Assembly (NCBI GenBank): GCA_051362555.1
Contig: CM120641.1
Span: 26,294,401 to 26,358,400, forward strand
Direction: 5' to 3'
Length of the DNA: 64,000 nucleotides
Origin: Lingula anatina
Lineage: Eukaryota; Animalia; Brachiopoda
The notes under the pieces were generated by a model, which did not search any database, was not told the DNA's origin, and saw only the letters and a program-made list of their open reading frames with translations. The stretch's first letter is position 1, and every line of letters starts with the position of its first letter. Positions 43,702 to 58,177 of this stretch are shown here, piece after piece. The translations under genes and the position numbers were made by a program.

Positions 43702-46700
43702 ATGGCGGTAAAAAATAAAGCATGCTCAAACAAAAGTACATTTTTATTAATAATTTTCATACTTTCAACATTTTTCGTCGTCGGACTGGCGAAGGACGAT
43801 AAAAAAGAAGATGAAGCACAATCTAAGGAGGCAGAGAATGTCAAAGTCGACGAAGAAAAATTAAAATATGCCAAAGGGTCTCTATGCAATTATTGCGATT
43901 ATTGCAAGGTAGGGGCAGACTCAAAATGTTGGTAGGGTAATTAATAAAACTGGTGTTAAAAAAGGCTAATGGTCATTCAAAAATGTCTTTAGCGACTTTT
44001 ACATTTTTATCTTAAGTTTTGATTTCGACCCCCCCCCCCCCAAAAAAAAAAAAAAATGTGGAGGGTGGGGGAGGGGAATTCACTACTAGTACTGGTCTAG
44101 TCTCTAAGGTAGCACGAAAGTCCTGTGTTAGCACTCCTTTCTTCCAGTTTCTGATATGTACTGGTTTTGCTAAAACATGAAAGCAAAGACCTCGAGTAAA
44201 ATTGAAGGTGGTTTGTTGAATTGAAAATAGATGATACAAGAATTTTAAAGAAATTTCTTCATGGTCAAAGGGGTGTTCCTAAATTGCACAATACACAACA
44301 ATACAGCGCAGCATGGTACAATCCACTTGATAAAACAAGTCCAGTCCCATGTAAACAAAGAATAGTGTCAACATTGCCTAGAAGAGCCACTTTCCAACAT
44401 CGCTGATGACCCAACGAAAGTCAAGTCTCGGCAATTAGTCGAGGTATATCAGTGATATTATTAATTACCTAGTAAAATATTCGCTTTTGTATCACCCCTT
44501 TTGTTGGGAATAACCATTTCCTTTATTTAATTGCAACTGCGCTCATTTTTTCCAGTGTATTGCAATGTGTTGCACTGTTTTGTAGTGTATTGCGCAATTT
44601 AGGGACATTGTGGTCAAAGTGCAAGTTAAACAACTGCCAACTAACCTTAGTTAATGTATTTCTGCTCTGGACAAATGGTGTGACACATCAACTTGGCAAA
44701 TTTGGCCTGTACTTCCTTTTAATCTTCATGCATATGGACCTGCTAATATCTGTGAGTGTTAATTGCAAACTTAAGATCTGCACCCAAATTCTACAATTTC
44801 TAGTAACTTCCATTGTGTTGACCAATATCATGAAATTTTTGCCCCAAAATGCTGAAAAGGTTTTTTTTTATCGCTGAAAAGGTTTTTTTTTAATTTTAAA
44901 AGGTTCAGTTTGTAAAGAAAAGATATTGATGTTATCTATAAAACGCATGTAACAGAAATGGCCTCTTATCATATAAAAAGTCATTTAGATGTTCTGGGCT
45001 TCTTTGTGCCATATCAATTGAACTTACCTAGTTAAAATCATTCAACATGATCCTGTATACAGTTTAACTTATTTGAGAAAAAATCCAGAAAAATGCAAAG
45101 CATTTTTAAAAGTATTTAGCATTACTGGATTTTAGGGTGCCATTTTTAACACTGAATGACTATATAATCAACTACAACCACATGTGGGAAATTATGACCA
45201 ATGTACATTATTATTGCCCTTTCAACTGTATTAAATTTCTGATACTTTTGCAGTATCCCCCCCCTACACTGTGACTCTCTAATTTTTAATACTGTTCAAA
45301 ATTAAAGATGCATATGAACTCATTTTTTTTTGCTACAAAAGTCCACCAAATGTTACCACATAGTTTCAGATAGTATAAATACTGAAAGGCATAGTTTCAT
45401 AATACCTGAAAAAGGATATTTGAAGGGATTTTTCTACTTGCTTGCTATTCTCTATATGGATGGGGCAGGTAAGAAAGTCAAATAAGTAGGTCAAATTTAT
45501 GACCAAAAATTTCAAAAAGTGTCTGTTTTAATCTCTTTTATGGCCATTTAATCAAGTGATTATACTTATTTTAGTTTTTTAAGAAACTAGAAGAAGTGGT
45601 TTATATGCATTACTGGTATCCACGTTCCATTGATGATCAGTTCACATATACATTCAAGTAATGTGGCGACTTTGATCCATATCTCTGCCATTTAAATACA
45701 TTTGTTTTGAAATTTCCTTATTTTTATTTTTAGAACTTTACCAATGCAATTACAGCAAAATGTCACACCAGCAATAGCCTTAGCTCTCATAATATTTGGC
45801 AGGCATAAAGTTTCAAATTAAAAAAAACATCAAATTAGTAAATGAATTGCCAAACTATTTTATTTCAGTAATGGAGACATTGTTCTAAGTCACCATACAA
45901 CTAAATATAGAAATGATATTGAATATCACAGGGTTATATCGTGGAGGGGGATACTGTAAAAGTGTCAAATTTCTTTAAACAATAGATAGGCCATGGGTGG
46001 TTGTCCAACAAAAATATAGAAAGGCCTTAGCATTGTTAGTGCAGGACTACACTTGTCAAGAGCATTGTACCTCATTTGATCATTTGGATAAAATTACAAG
46101 GAAAATCACAAAGTTAGGTAACGAAACTGCAAATTGATCTATAAAGATGAATATAATTGAAATTAAAATTAATGCAATCAGATAAGAGTAATTAAAACAA
46201 AATAAGATGAGAATTATTTAAATAAAATAAGATAATTAAAGATAGATAAAAGGTTAATAAGCAAATGAAATGGAAAATAATGGAAATTGCATAACTGTTA
46301 GATCTTGCCCATTTGGATGACTTGTAATTACAGTTTTGTAGAAAGCCTTGCTGATGAGGTAATAACTGATTTTTTTTACCAATTAGGGTAATGGACTCAA
46401 TAGTATGAATACAATGGAAAAATGATCAACAATTAATAATCTTGGTTGAATAATTATTTTGTAATAAACAGGTTGTGAATAGTCTGCACCCAGTCTTTTA
46501 ACAAAGTGATGCTTTTTTCTGCTCTTTCCATCTTATTTGTTTAATTCTTGCTTCTGAGCTAATGAAACATGGATTAACACAAAGGTAAACTATCAGTCAT
46601 CAGTATCAAAATTATTCTATCAATATTTAAAATGGCATGCTACCTAAATACCAAGATTGAAATGATTGGAGTTGAGTATTGACACATCATTTATTAATGT

Positions 46701-46730
46701 TGCACCAAGGCTGCTTTTCAAATGAAATGC

Positions 46731-46761
<31 letters not shown>

Positions 46762-47569
46762 TCACACATCTTTTATTCATGGTGCACCAGGGCTGCTTTT
46801 TATAAGAAGTAAGGAAACTGTATTCCGCAGTCATAAGCAGTAGGGGTGTGGGTGGTACAGTGAAAGCTTGGGAACATCTGCTGCCTCTGCTACATGTTAT
46901 TTCTTCACCACATCTGCTGGTTGTTGTGTGCAAACATGTATTGAGACATTGACACTATGATAATTTCTGTTCTTTGTTATCTGGAACAACCCTAACAAAG
47001 TTAAACTCAACAACCTTATACATGTAGGTTTTTTTAATCGTATCTTTTTTTTTTGTTTGTTTAAACGTGTTTTTGTGAAAAAGGATCCTGATGATTATAG
47101 TCACTGTGATATTTGTTTGAAATATTATATGACCAGTCATATATTATTCATTGGCATCCAAAAGATGATTCCTTTGTAAATTTTATGTCACTATGCAGCC
47201 ATCACCTGCATCCGTCAGCATTTTAACCATGTGGCTTGTTATTCATATTTCCAGAGTATATTTACTAGACTAAATGCAATACATTCTTGATTTTTTAGTT
47301 ACACATTGGAATTTTCAAGTTTTGACGTTGGAACTTTGATGCCCTGCACCGGTTCCATTTTGTGAATATCCACATTACCACTAACATAATTAAAAAGTGG
47401 TGGTAATAATGCTGTTAAACATTCTGTGGTATTGCATAAAAATTAACAAAAACCTATTTTGGGCAATGAAGGGATTACTGTGTACTTACCACAGTATCCT
47501 CAAACCTACTGGAGTTATTTACATAGCACTTGAATACAGATTTTAAAGGGATAACAACTGTTCATTTTG

Positions 47570-47606
<37 letters not shown>

Positions 47607-50600
47607 CCTGGGGTAAACAGCAATTTTCCCATACTTACCAATGGTTAATAAATCCATTTCTACATTCAAAGTTAGTCCCTGTTTTTTTTTTCTAAAAAGT
47701 TTTTTTTTGTAATAATCTCTTTAGAGATAATTACAGAGTATAGTCATCTATGGAGGTCACATGGTCCAATGGCAAGCATATATTTCAGTTTTATTGGTAC
47801 AACTGCCATTTTTGTGGCAAAAAAGAATATATATTTTTCTAGAGTTGTTTACAATGTATTTATTATGAAATATAGATCTCATACGAAGAGTTATTATCCC
47901 TTTAAAGTCAAGTGTCAACTGTATTGGACTCTGTTAATTTTTTACGCATTGGCATTTTCAAGGTTGAACTTTGAACTTCTCTTGGCCAGAAGCCCTGTGG
48001 AAGGTACATTTCTTGAATGTCCACATTAATAGTTGTACATAATGAAGAATTGGTGATGATGATACTGTTTAAATAATAAATATTGTAGGAAAATTGACAA
48101 AAACCCTGCTTTGTGGACGGTCATTGTTAATGCAATAAATGGATAACTGTGTGTGTGCCTTATAATACTCAAGTTTAATAGCTTTATTGAACCGTATTTT
48201 TTTTAATTATGTGTTTTTTTTTTGTTTTTTTTTTTTTTCACACAATTATAGCATTACCAAGGTGTGGATATGAACTCCTATGGGCCTGGAAACCAGTATT
48301 TTTGATTTATTGAATGTCCATGCTTACTGTAGTGCAAAATTAAAATCTGTGGTGATTATGCTGTTTGCTAATAAATATTGTATCAAAATTGCCAGAAAAT
48401 AATTTTGTTCATAGTCATCATAAACACATTAAAAGGAAAGTCATGTTTATTATTATTCTCAGACTACTCTCAGAATACTGTGTAGAACTAACATACAGCT
48501 TGACTTAAAAAGCCAATTTGATTGGGTTATTTTACATATTATTTTACATTTTTAAAACGGTCTTGTTTAAGGATGCAGTATAGCATATGAAGTCCTTGTT
48601 AACATTTTACCATATTTTGGATCTGGATATCTCGGAAACCATGAAAACCCTTTTTTGGAAGTATATCCCAATTGGTAATACTTGTGTGTTGTAACATGGA
48701 CCTAGTAAGAGATAAATGGTTGCCAGGTAGTTACATGTTCCAATACATTGTAATTATATGCAGAATATATACATAGTCAATCAAAGTGGTTGAACTATCT
48801 TAGGTGCATACCAGTCAATGCTGGGAATACCATAACGGGCGAATTGTGTTATACAACATCTGTGCTCTAAGCCTACACCTCCCCAACACGTACACGCATA
48901 CGCATGTACACACTTGTAAAAAAAAAGGCTTGCTGTGGGCTATTTCTAGATCCATTAATAATTCTCTCTGATAAACAGCTTGAAATACAAGGAAATAATG
49001 CAGTTAAACCAGAGACAATCAAATCACCCATATATAACAATTCAATGGAATCTGTGTCTTTTTTAAAAGGCATATTAAAACATGTTTATGTAGGATTCTC
49101 AGTTCCATATTATTTTACAGTCACACCATATTCCATGCTTACTGTTTTATTGTAGGTGGCCATTCCATCAACCTTAGGGCTAATTTCTATGGATACCATT
49201 AGTCTACGTAGATTGATTTAACTCTGCAGGGAATCTTGCTGAGTGCAGTAAGCTTAACTAAATGACACGCCTCCTCTTGTTTCTAACGTACTCTTAAAAT
49301 CACCAACCAATCTGTATTCTACTCACTGCCAAGAAGAGGGGTGTCATTCAGTTAAGCTGATTGCACTCGACGAGAGTCCCTGCAGAGTTGGATCGAGCTT
49401 TATAGACCAATGGTGTCTATGTGAATGAGCCCTTATGCTTCTTTATTTGTTATGTCATTTCAAGAATGAATATACTGCAAATTTATTAGTTTTCATGCGT
49501 TCAAGGGCATGTGATTTAAATATAGCTTTATTAGGGTAACACCATGAAACAGATTCCTGAAAATTTGTGACAAAATAACAAGTAATAAGTTTCAGGTAAC
49601 AAACTCAAGAAAATTGATAACAAGGCTAAATTTTGGATTGAAAGGAAAGATTAGGAGAGTAATCCACAAATCACGAGAATCCTGACGAAATATGATAGGT
49701 CTTACCAAGATATGTGTATTATTACAGGAAATCTATAGTGAAAAATAATTAATAAGCACTTTTGAACAAATATTTTCCTAGAAAGACTGTCAAAGTCATC
49801 ATAATAGTCAAGCTTATTGGAAAAAATGAATATCTACTTTTTTAAAGATAGGATGTAAGGTCTATATGAATGTTGTTGTACATTACTAAATAAAAGACAC
49901 CATTTTAGACCCATACTGGTCATAATACCAGCTTAAAAAGGCACCCTCTTTGGCAGTGAATCAGACCCACTGATGACCCCATCTTTTGCTTTATATGTCC
50001 TTATAAATTTTTGATCGGTTTGAGCACTGAAAATTAAGCTTTGCTGATTACATTTCAGTTTTGTAAGCTGTGCGATGAAGATTGCCCCTGTGAAACGAGC
50101 CCCAGTCAACCAAACTGTCACATGTGCAAGGTAAACACAATTGTTTTGAAAATTGAAAAATTTCTCAGTCATTGAATTTGAACATTATATATAAGTATTA
50201 GTAATAAGCACGAGTTGAATATTGTACACCTACAGTATCATGAAGTCCTCTATTCTCGAGAGTTTCTTCTCTTTTATTTATTTTTGACTGTGACTGTTTG
50301 TGTACCTGTGTGAAAAAGTGGATTTACACTCCAGTTGTGAAGGCATAATGCCATACTAATTCAGTACATTGTGTTATTATAAGCTAACCATGCGGAGCAA
50401 ATCTACTTCTGTAGTCCTGCCCGCTTCTATCTCAACTATAGAATAAATGGATAAAGCTGTGAATTTTGCTATTTATTAGACCCTAGTTTAACTTGTGTCC
50501 CTTGTATTACATTGGGCTTTATCTGCATTATGTATGTATTTTAGGCAGATGAACAAATCTAATGATTTTTTGCTATTTATTTGACCCTACCAGGCTTAAC

Positions 50601-52093
50601 ATGTATGGTGTACCCTTTCTGTTACATTGCTGTTGATTTAGAGTACAATTTTCTATTTCAGTATTGCAAGTTCTGTCACCTGTGTAAAGTGTGTGACTCT
50701 ATTTGCCAGCCAGGTAATGTAACTAGTAGTGCTTAAAATCAACAGTATGTTACATTGTATGGACTAGGATCTGCCTTATTGGGTTGGGGGGGGGGGGGGG
50801 GGGGGCTCTTTTTCTTTAAAAAAATAAGTGTATCTTTTAGCAGGAAACTTTCATGTACCTTGATCAAATTTAACTCAGAGTGGACCTTTTCAAGGCAAAA
50901 AGGGCAGTTCTTGGACCCCCCCCCCCCCAGGCTATGGCCCTGGGGTGGGTGGGTGTTTGGGGTGGGTGGGTTAGGTATTACTTTACTAAAGAATACCGTA
51001 AATTAGTCTTAACTTTTATACCCAAATTTTGGGTATCCTTCAGTTTGGGCAAATCCATATTAGTTCCCTTAAATAAAGTGCCATTGGCTTCATATCCTTT
51101 TTCATGTAGAACTGGTACAAAATTTTGTGTAAGTAGAGTACTACTGATTTATGTAGGGTCTAAAGAGGCTAAGATGTTGAGACTAATTTTCAGTTTAAGT
51201 TATCTAGGGACATTGGCCAGCCGTTTGGATGATGCATTTCTGGGTAATGCATTTCAGTTTTCTTTGTCATTGTCTGTACTTCCCCAGAATGAAACAGCAG
51301 AAGATAGTTATAGATTTCTATCAATTGCGGGTGCTCTGTACAGATGTTCAGAGCATTATCAATATAATATTGCTTCAAATTCTTAGATAACATGCATTGT
51401 TGCATAGTATTCAAATGCAATAATGATTGCCAGCAAGCCTTGAATGTTGCATAAGTTTGCTGCAAATGCAGTAACACTGGTCCATGATTTAATATTACTT
51501 CAGTCTAAAGTGCTTATTGAACTCGAGAACGAGTTAATCACACGAAATGTGATTAAGCCTATATTGTGAGCCTTCCTATATCCTGTCAAGAGGGTTGTGC
51601 AATGTGAACATGAGAAAACCTATTATTGGTGGTGTGGGGATCATGATGCAATTTCTAGTAAAACTTGCCTTTAAAGTTAATAAGAATACGATAATAAAAA
51701 GAACCTTATGCTTTCTCTTTGTTTGTTTCCAAGAATGATCATTTATAGGTGGTAACTGCCAAGCTATTATTTGATTTCCTATCATTTTATTTCAGGAGGC
51801 ATCATAGATCGAGTAACTGCAGCTCTGGTAAAGTAAGTATGATAAGCCTATCATGTTTTGTGCAAAGTCACGAAAGATGGGAAAAACATACAAATACAAT
51901 AAAAAAAGAAGTGGAAGAACCCTTGAATATTGAATAATGTCAGATTTTGTTACAAATTATTAAAAAGCAAAGTCAGAAGAGGTAACACATTATTTTCTAT
52001 TCCAGTGCTCTTCCTCACCATGATCCAGAGGAAATCAACAAAGATATAGATGGAGTCAAAGAATGGATAGATAGGAAAAAAGATGAATTATAA
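43702..52093 (+). CDS. HRC: Small ER-lumenal Cys-rich protein, homologous to the C-terminal domain of sarcoplasmic reticulum histidine-rich calcium-binding protein; signal peptide and KDEL; 5 exons, 151 aa
   Basis: Exons 43702-43908, 50059-50130, 50662-50713, 51796-51832, 52006-52093 (456 nt, all GT-AG, in phase). Protein: hydrophobic FLLIIFILSTFFVVGLA, an acidic linker, then AKGSLCNYCDYCKFCKLCDEDCPCETSPSQPNCHMCKYCKFCHLCKVCDSICQPGGIIDRVTAALVNALP...KKDEL*. The 14-Cys spacing matches my recollection of the vertebrate HRC tail (GSLCGYCSFC...CQHCQFCYLC..VCETVCAPG). Confidence 0.88.
45241..45966. mobile_element. Non-autonomous TIR DNA transposon with 8-bp TSD
   Basis: AAATTTCT|GATACTTTTGCAGTATCCCCC ... 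GGGGGATACTGTAAAAGTGTC|AAATTTCT (21-bp TIR with 2 mismatches; perfect 8-bp flanking direct repeat). Confidence 0.8.
47547..47901. mobile_element. Non-autonomous DNA transposon with TTAA TSD (Kolobok-like ends)
   Basis: TTAA|AGGGATAACAACT ... AGTTATTATCCCT|TTAA. Confidence 0.6.
49175..49435. mobile_element. Foldback MITE, family A copy 2, in intron 1 of the HRC-like gene
   Basis: Same arms as 6033-6291 (AATGACACGCCTCCTCTTGTTTC; GTGTCATTCAGTTAAGCTGATTGCA...GAGAGTCCC...AGAGTTGG); TAGGGC...GCCCTTA ends. Confidence 0.8.
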
Positions 52094-54244
52094 GCTTATG
52101 GATATGATAGGATATGATTAATTTTAATTTGTGTAATATTCTAGCAAACAGAACAAATTAAATGTTTATTGTTATTCATGCCTCACTTTGATAAATGATA
52201 TTCTTGATTCTGTACCATTTAACAGACCTAATGTTTTTTTAATGTGACAGACAGTCATCACTATTCATATTCATGGAGAAAATCAACAAACACTAACATC
52301 AGCAGTGCTAAAAATAGCTTGAATCTTTGTATGTGAGTGCTTTATATAATTCAGATAATTAACGAAATGTCAGATACAAACATTACTAACAATAGGATCT
52401 TTTGTAAGGTGCATGGATTCTGAAATATTAAAATCTAAAGCCATTAATATTTGAATGCTGAAGAGTGACTTCATTTTCAGATCTAACATTTTACAGTTTC
52501 TACATTACATTACATCATAGGTAACATTGAAAATTATATCTGTGCATATTATTTCTGAGATATTGATTGTGGGAATTGTAACAGTTGTATGCAGCTGTTA
52601 GAAATGTTATTTAAAGTTGCATCAGATACGTCATCGTGGACATCTGTTCATCAACAAACGTTCAATTACATAATGTTAGCTGTGCTGATGAAGCTTTTGC
52701 TAGTAATTTGCTTCCCAAATGCCACTAGTAATATGTCAGTGTTGATAAAAATTGGCACTGTTTGATTTTTAGTGTGAACGCTCTAACATGCTTCAGTAAG
52801 TTAACTGATTTCTTGCTAGTAGAAAATGAGTTGTTGTTTTTTTTTATATTTTTATTTTATGCAGAGCAGTCGACACAAAGGTCCACTACAGAAAGCCTTT
52901 GCTGATTTGTCTTTCTTAGAGATAAAGATTAATTAGAGCTTAAATTGTATTGTTCCTTTACATTCCATTCTGACTTTATGTCAGAGTTGCTGGTTCTCTT
53001 TTCTACTTTTGTAGTTGTACAAATAAACAAAATTAGTGTTTTGTTTGTGCTGTTGATTTGAAATAAACTTTTCATTATCTATTTATCATATTGTAGTGCA
53101 ATTGAATTGCAATTGGAATTGCTGGGCTTGTACAAATGAGTGGCATTGTTCAAAAGAAAGTTTGCACTTAATTTGTTTACTTTTTGTAAAGTAAATAGAA
53201 AACCGAAATACTGATAGAAAATCATTCTTATGAAATGTAGCAAAGGTAACAGTAAAGACTGACTAAATTGAAAAGAAAAATGGCAATTCTCTCATTGCTA
53301 CTCGTAAAGCCGATTTCAAAATTGCACTGTAAAGTGGGGATGTAAGCCTGTTGACTTTCTTTAAAAAATGCCCCAAATATCCATCAATGTTTTATCATTT
53401 ATCGAGTTGAGGATATAAGTTATTGCGAATAAATGAAAATGAAGCAACACCCCTCCCCAAGATGAGCGGTGTAGTGCACAATCAAGAGGCTCTTAGAATC
53501 ACAACTAACACATCATGGTGGCATCATTTATGTGGGAAATTGCGCCCCTCATCTCAACAAACACACTGCAATCGAGTAGCAAGACCTGTTTCATCGCCAC
53601 AGCCAGACGGGTAAATTCGACCCGATGACTGCAATTATCAGCAGTTCTCTGTTAAAGCTAGAACGCTAGGCCCTACAAGCACGCTAACACCCCCCCCCCC
53701 CACACACACACACACACAAAATGAAATTAGGCCGTTTTAGTATTTTATTGCAAACTGCTGGATGGACAGTTGGCTTCTTATGCAAGATGGACAAATAATC
53801 TCACTAAAACAGTCACCAACTTTTAACAACGAAAGAAATAAATTTGAAGTCGCTAACCGTGTGACAATTAGGTAGGCTTGAATCGTACATATTACGTGCA
53901 ATATGGGAAACATCTTTCTTTCCAAAATAAAACATAAACTTTCAAACCCGTTGCCACCTCCACTATCTGTCTAAATAGTTTGCTGTATCTCTTTCTAAAA
54001 GCTCTAGAATTGGCATTGTGACATGGCATTAGAGGCAACTCTCTCTTCAAAATGGTGAAATGTGTTGGCAGAATCTTTTGAATCGTGACTGTTGGCTACA
54101 TTAAACAACTGACAACATTTAGCAAAGTTAACCTGCTTACTTTTGTAACCTCAATCAGCGAAATGGTGTTGAGATATCACCATACTAATAGATATGAATT
54201 CCGATGTAAAATATTCCTATTATTCTGTCGCAGTGATTCCGTAG

Positions 54245-54275
<31 letters not shown>

Positions 54276-56534
54276 CTTGATGATGATGAAAAAAAAACAT
54301 AATTGAAATATTGTTTGTTGTATTTCGTTATTTATCCCACATAAGCTCTGGTTAGCCCAGAGTCCGTTTCCATGATGCACCCTGGTCTTAAAGTAAAGCT
54401 GCTTGAGGCATTGCCTAGTACTATGCCACTTAACTCTGGTATACAGGGTGGGTTTTAAGAAAAATCCCCATCTCCCCCTTTCACCCTACCCTCTATCAGG
54501 GTGACAGATTGATTTTCCACAGATATTCACAGATATGTCTCTAGATAAATAGACAGTCATTTTGGTCTGATGTCGCTTCAGTCAAAAATGCATGTCCACA
54601 ATAATAACTGCAGCCCTGGCAGAGGATTCTTTCATCCTACGCGCGAACATCTGCTAATGGGAATCATACTCTGTTTCAAACCAAACAGAGAAAGTGAATT
54701 ATGTTTATGAACTGAATAGTATACAAAGCCATAAGTTAAGCAATATTACGGTGATTTTGCCACCATGCATCTTTGCACATTCATTGAGCCCTTCGACGTT
54801 TGTTTACGAAATGAACTCGGCAGTGTAATTTGTTTAAAAACCTGCCGTACCATCTGTGGCTAATTAAAGAACTTTTAAACATAGCCGCGGCTTCCGAAAG
54901 CACGAACCTGTAAAACAAACACTGCTACCTTTACGAGAATCTGTTCAGCAATAACTGCAATATGCATTTACTCTTCTAAGGACACACTTTACTTTTTCTG
55001 TTGCAAGAAATCAGAAACTGATTAAGATAAGCTGATGCGGAATGGGTTTCACTATCTACCTTATTTTTTACGGCCGAAACTGAAGCAGAGGCGCATTTAG
55101 CTTATCTGTTTCGAAAGGTTCCTGTTGAGCGAAAAAAAAAAGTAATTTCAGTCTTGGACCAATCCCGATGCACCTCCCTGTTGAATTCGGACCACGTCTC
55201 CAATTTCGGCATCATCGTGAGTACGCTGGTCGACTGTAGGGAACACTCGTGTTTTGGTGGGCTGGACGACACGCGGAGAAGACGGCAGAAGCAGGAAAGA
55301 TAAATAGCAGTTAATAAAGTAAGTTTTTCAATTTCATTTGATAGAATTGCTTTTTTGTATAATGTAGAATATTTTGCAGTTTTTATTTTGATTATATTTA
55401 TTTATTCATTTATTTATATAATCAATAATGTTTTTTAACTCTAAAACCTAAATCGGACAGTGAAAGGTAAAAAAAAAAGTTTAACGCTACTGTGCAAACG
55501 CTATTTTTGTGTTTTGAGTCCTCGAAAAAAAAGGCACCATATCTCTCTTTCTCTGCGTATGTGATATGTAGCTCATTCACCAGTCCCATTTCAGAAACAT
55601 GTTGTGTGCAATTCAGTTAGGCTATTTTGGATCACGGTCACCCATCGCTTGTCCTTTCTTTTCGCTTTATTAGTCAAACAATACAAAGCAGTCTATCAGG
55701 TTTATTGGACCTGACTTGTTAATACAGTTTACGCACATGCGGTCTTTGCTCTCACGCGTCTATCCTTTTGCGATTTCTCTTTTTCCCCTGGTTCGGTACT
55801 AATATTTTTCCTTAAACGTGTTGCTGGAATCCTCAGTTACAGAATCCAATTAGAGGCGGGGTGCATCTGTTTGCAATATATACACGGACACTAAAAAGAT
55901 ACTTAAACCAGTAAATTGAATCCCCTAGAAACATTCAGGCAATTGTTAACAACGTATGCATAAAAAGGTCCATTTTGACAATCTTTATTCACATGCGTTT
56001 CAATTATTTTCTTTTGGTATACACACCCATTTCACTTTTTTTTTGTTTGTTTTTGAAGTGAATGAAATTCGTTTTCGCTGCCAAGTATTTTAATACAGCA
56101 CAGATAATCCGAAGCGGCTAATGACCTGTAACGATGAGGCCTGTCCAGAAACCCAAACCTCATTCCGAGCAATAGCAACCCCTGCTCCACCTTTTCAAGA
56201 CACCTCCACAAGATTGTGTTAATCAGATTGTCTAGCTGCTCGTTTAACTTGCAGCTTCGCGGCCAAAGAAGGGCGTAATGGAGCAAGGAGACAAGACTTG
56301 TACAAACAAATTTGATAGTGGATCTGAACACACGAACTAATGTCGACGGAGCAGAAAAGAGTAGAAATATCTCACATGTCTAAGTTTTTTCCCTGGGTAA
56401 ACAGTACAGATACGACTTGACAAATGCCGTCTAGATTTTGAACTCTCTATCCTACTCCATTTAAAACGAGTTAACTTAATATCCAGAACGCCTTAATTTA
56501 AGGTACGGATTTCCTTCCCTTCATCTCTCTCCCT

Positions 56535-56599
<65 letters not shown>

Positions 56600-58177
56600 A
56601 CATTGACATACACGTGCATGTATATGTTTATATATCTTCAAAAGTTATCGGTCAAAATTAAATCTAAAATCGATCGATTTTCTTAAACGATATTATTCAA
56701 ATTAAGTACCTTCATAATTTGCTTGAGGTCTGGATAATTGAAAGTGGAGTAAAGGCGTCGTCATATTGCCAACAAGAACTTTAAACTTTAACAGAAATCA
56801 ACCCTCAGAACATTATCAAGGAAATTACTTTGGCTTCCGGCGCTTGCTCACGTTGATGAATTCGGTAAACTATGAACTTAATGCGTTTGGAACGACTTCA
56901 GAAGACTAGACTGGGATAAGTCAGGATTTACACACCGATCACAGGAGATAAACATTTGACTTGATGCCCCCTAATTGGCTTGATAAAGAAGCAATCATTT
57001 ACCTTTAATTGACCACAGGGCACAGGGATGCAGACAGCGGTAAATCAAACGGTACTTGATCAGCAGTCTTATCTTTGCACGCAGATACCATGACGTAATT
57101 CCTGAGAGGAGTGGTGGGGAGGGGGGGGGGGGAGGGGGAGGTGAGAGAAATATGGTATCATGGGCAGATGTGAATAGATGGAAATCCATATTGTTTAATG
57201 TTTGTTTTATTTAGAATCCCAGGTTAAGGTAGATTTCATAATAGGAATTATTGACAAGAAAACCTGCTACTGTTTTATGTTCTACCGGAAGAAAATGCAA
57301 TTGATCTCTGAAAAAAGAGAAAAGGAAGTGCCATCAGACTGACTCAGTAAATTAGCTTGTTTTTTTAATGTAGAAACCCCATGCACAGTTTACCAGGATT
57401 CATACACCAAACTGGAATTGGGATAAATCTAGGATTCGCAAATTGAAATATGATATACTTATTGAAGCGATGTAAACATGGGCACCCCGTGTAAGACAAA
57501 CAACAATTTGCATGATCTGATTACATTTTCAGTGTCCCTCCTCTAAGCCATTGTCCAGCAAAATCGCAGGAACATCAGCGGAAGAGTTGAGAGAAATTTA
57601 AGACAAAGGTTTGCATTTAAAGTCAATACTCCAAAGGAAGACAAAGGTTTACATTTCATGTCAATATCCTTCTTAGTCAGTCAATGAGGATTTTGGCTGG
57701 ACATGGAGGCGTGTTCATTCGGTAGCTAGGTAGCGGAACCCCGTGCTGCAAATTTTAGTCTTTTTCACAAACTGATTTATTAATCGGACCTTTTGTCTAC
57801 TCGATAGCCCATTACGCAGTGGCCTAAGACTCTGACCTAACAAGCGACACAAGCATATTTGTCCAATAATCTATCAAAGTCACACAAGCGCCTGACAAAT
57901 TGCGACTTTTCTATCAAAACTGATCGTTTAAGTAAATTTGAGTAAGATGGACGCGATAGTCATTGGCCAGATGTACGTGCGTGTGACACAAATCTTTTAT
58001 TTAGAACTGAATTAGATTTACTATTTAGGCGATAACATGCAAATCCACAAATCCGCGACACTTCAAGGCCAGTCTGTCAATATTTGGGGGAGATTGGTAG
58101 ACGCGTTTTCCGGGACCGAGGGTGTAGAGTCCGCATTGCTTCCATTGGCATCGCGAGACGGACTGGTGCATTGAGGA

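Noticed and set aside
50880-51386. 168-aa ORF in intron 3 of the HRC-like gene
   Set aside because: Non-ATG start, runs through poly-C/G tracts, no domain, and the flanking exons splice in frame without it.
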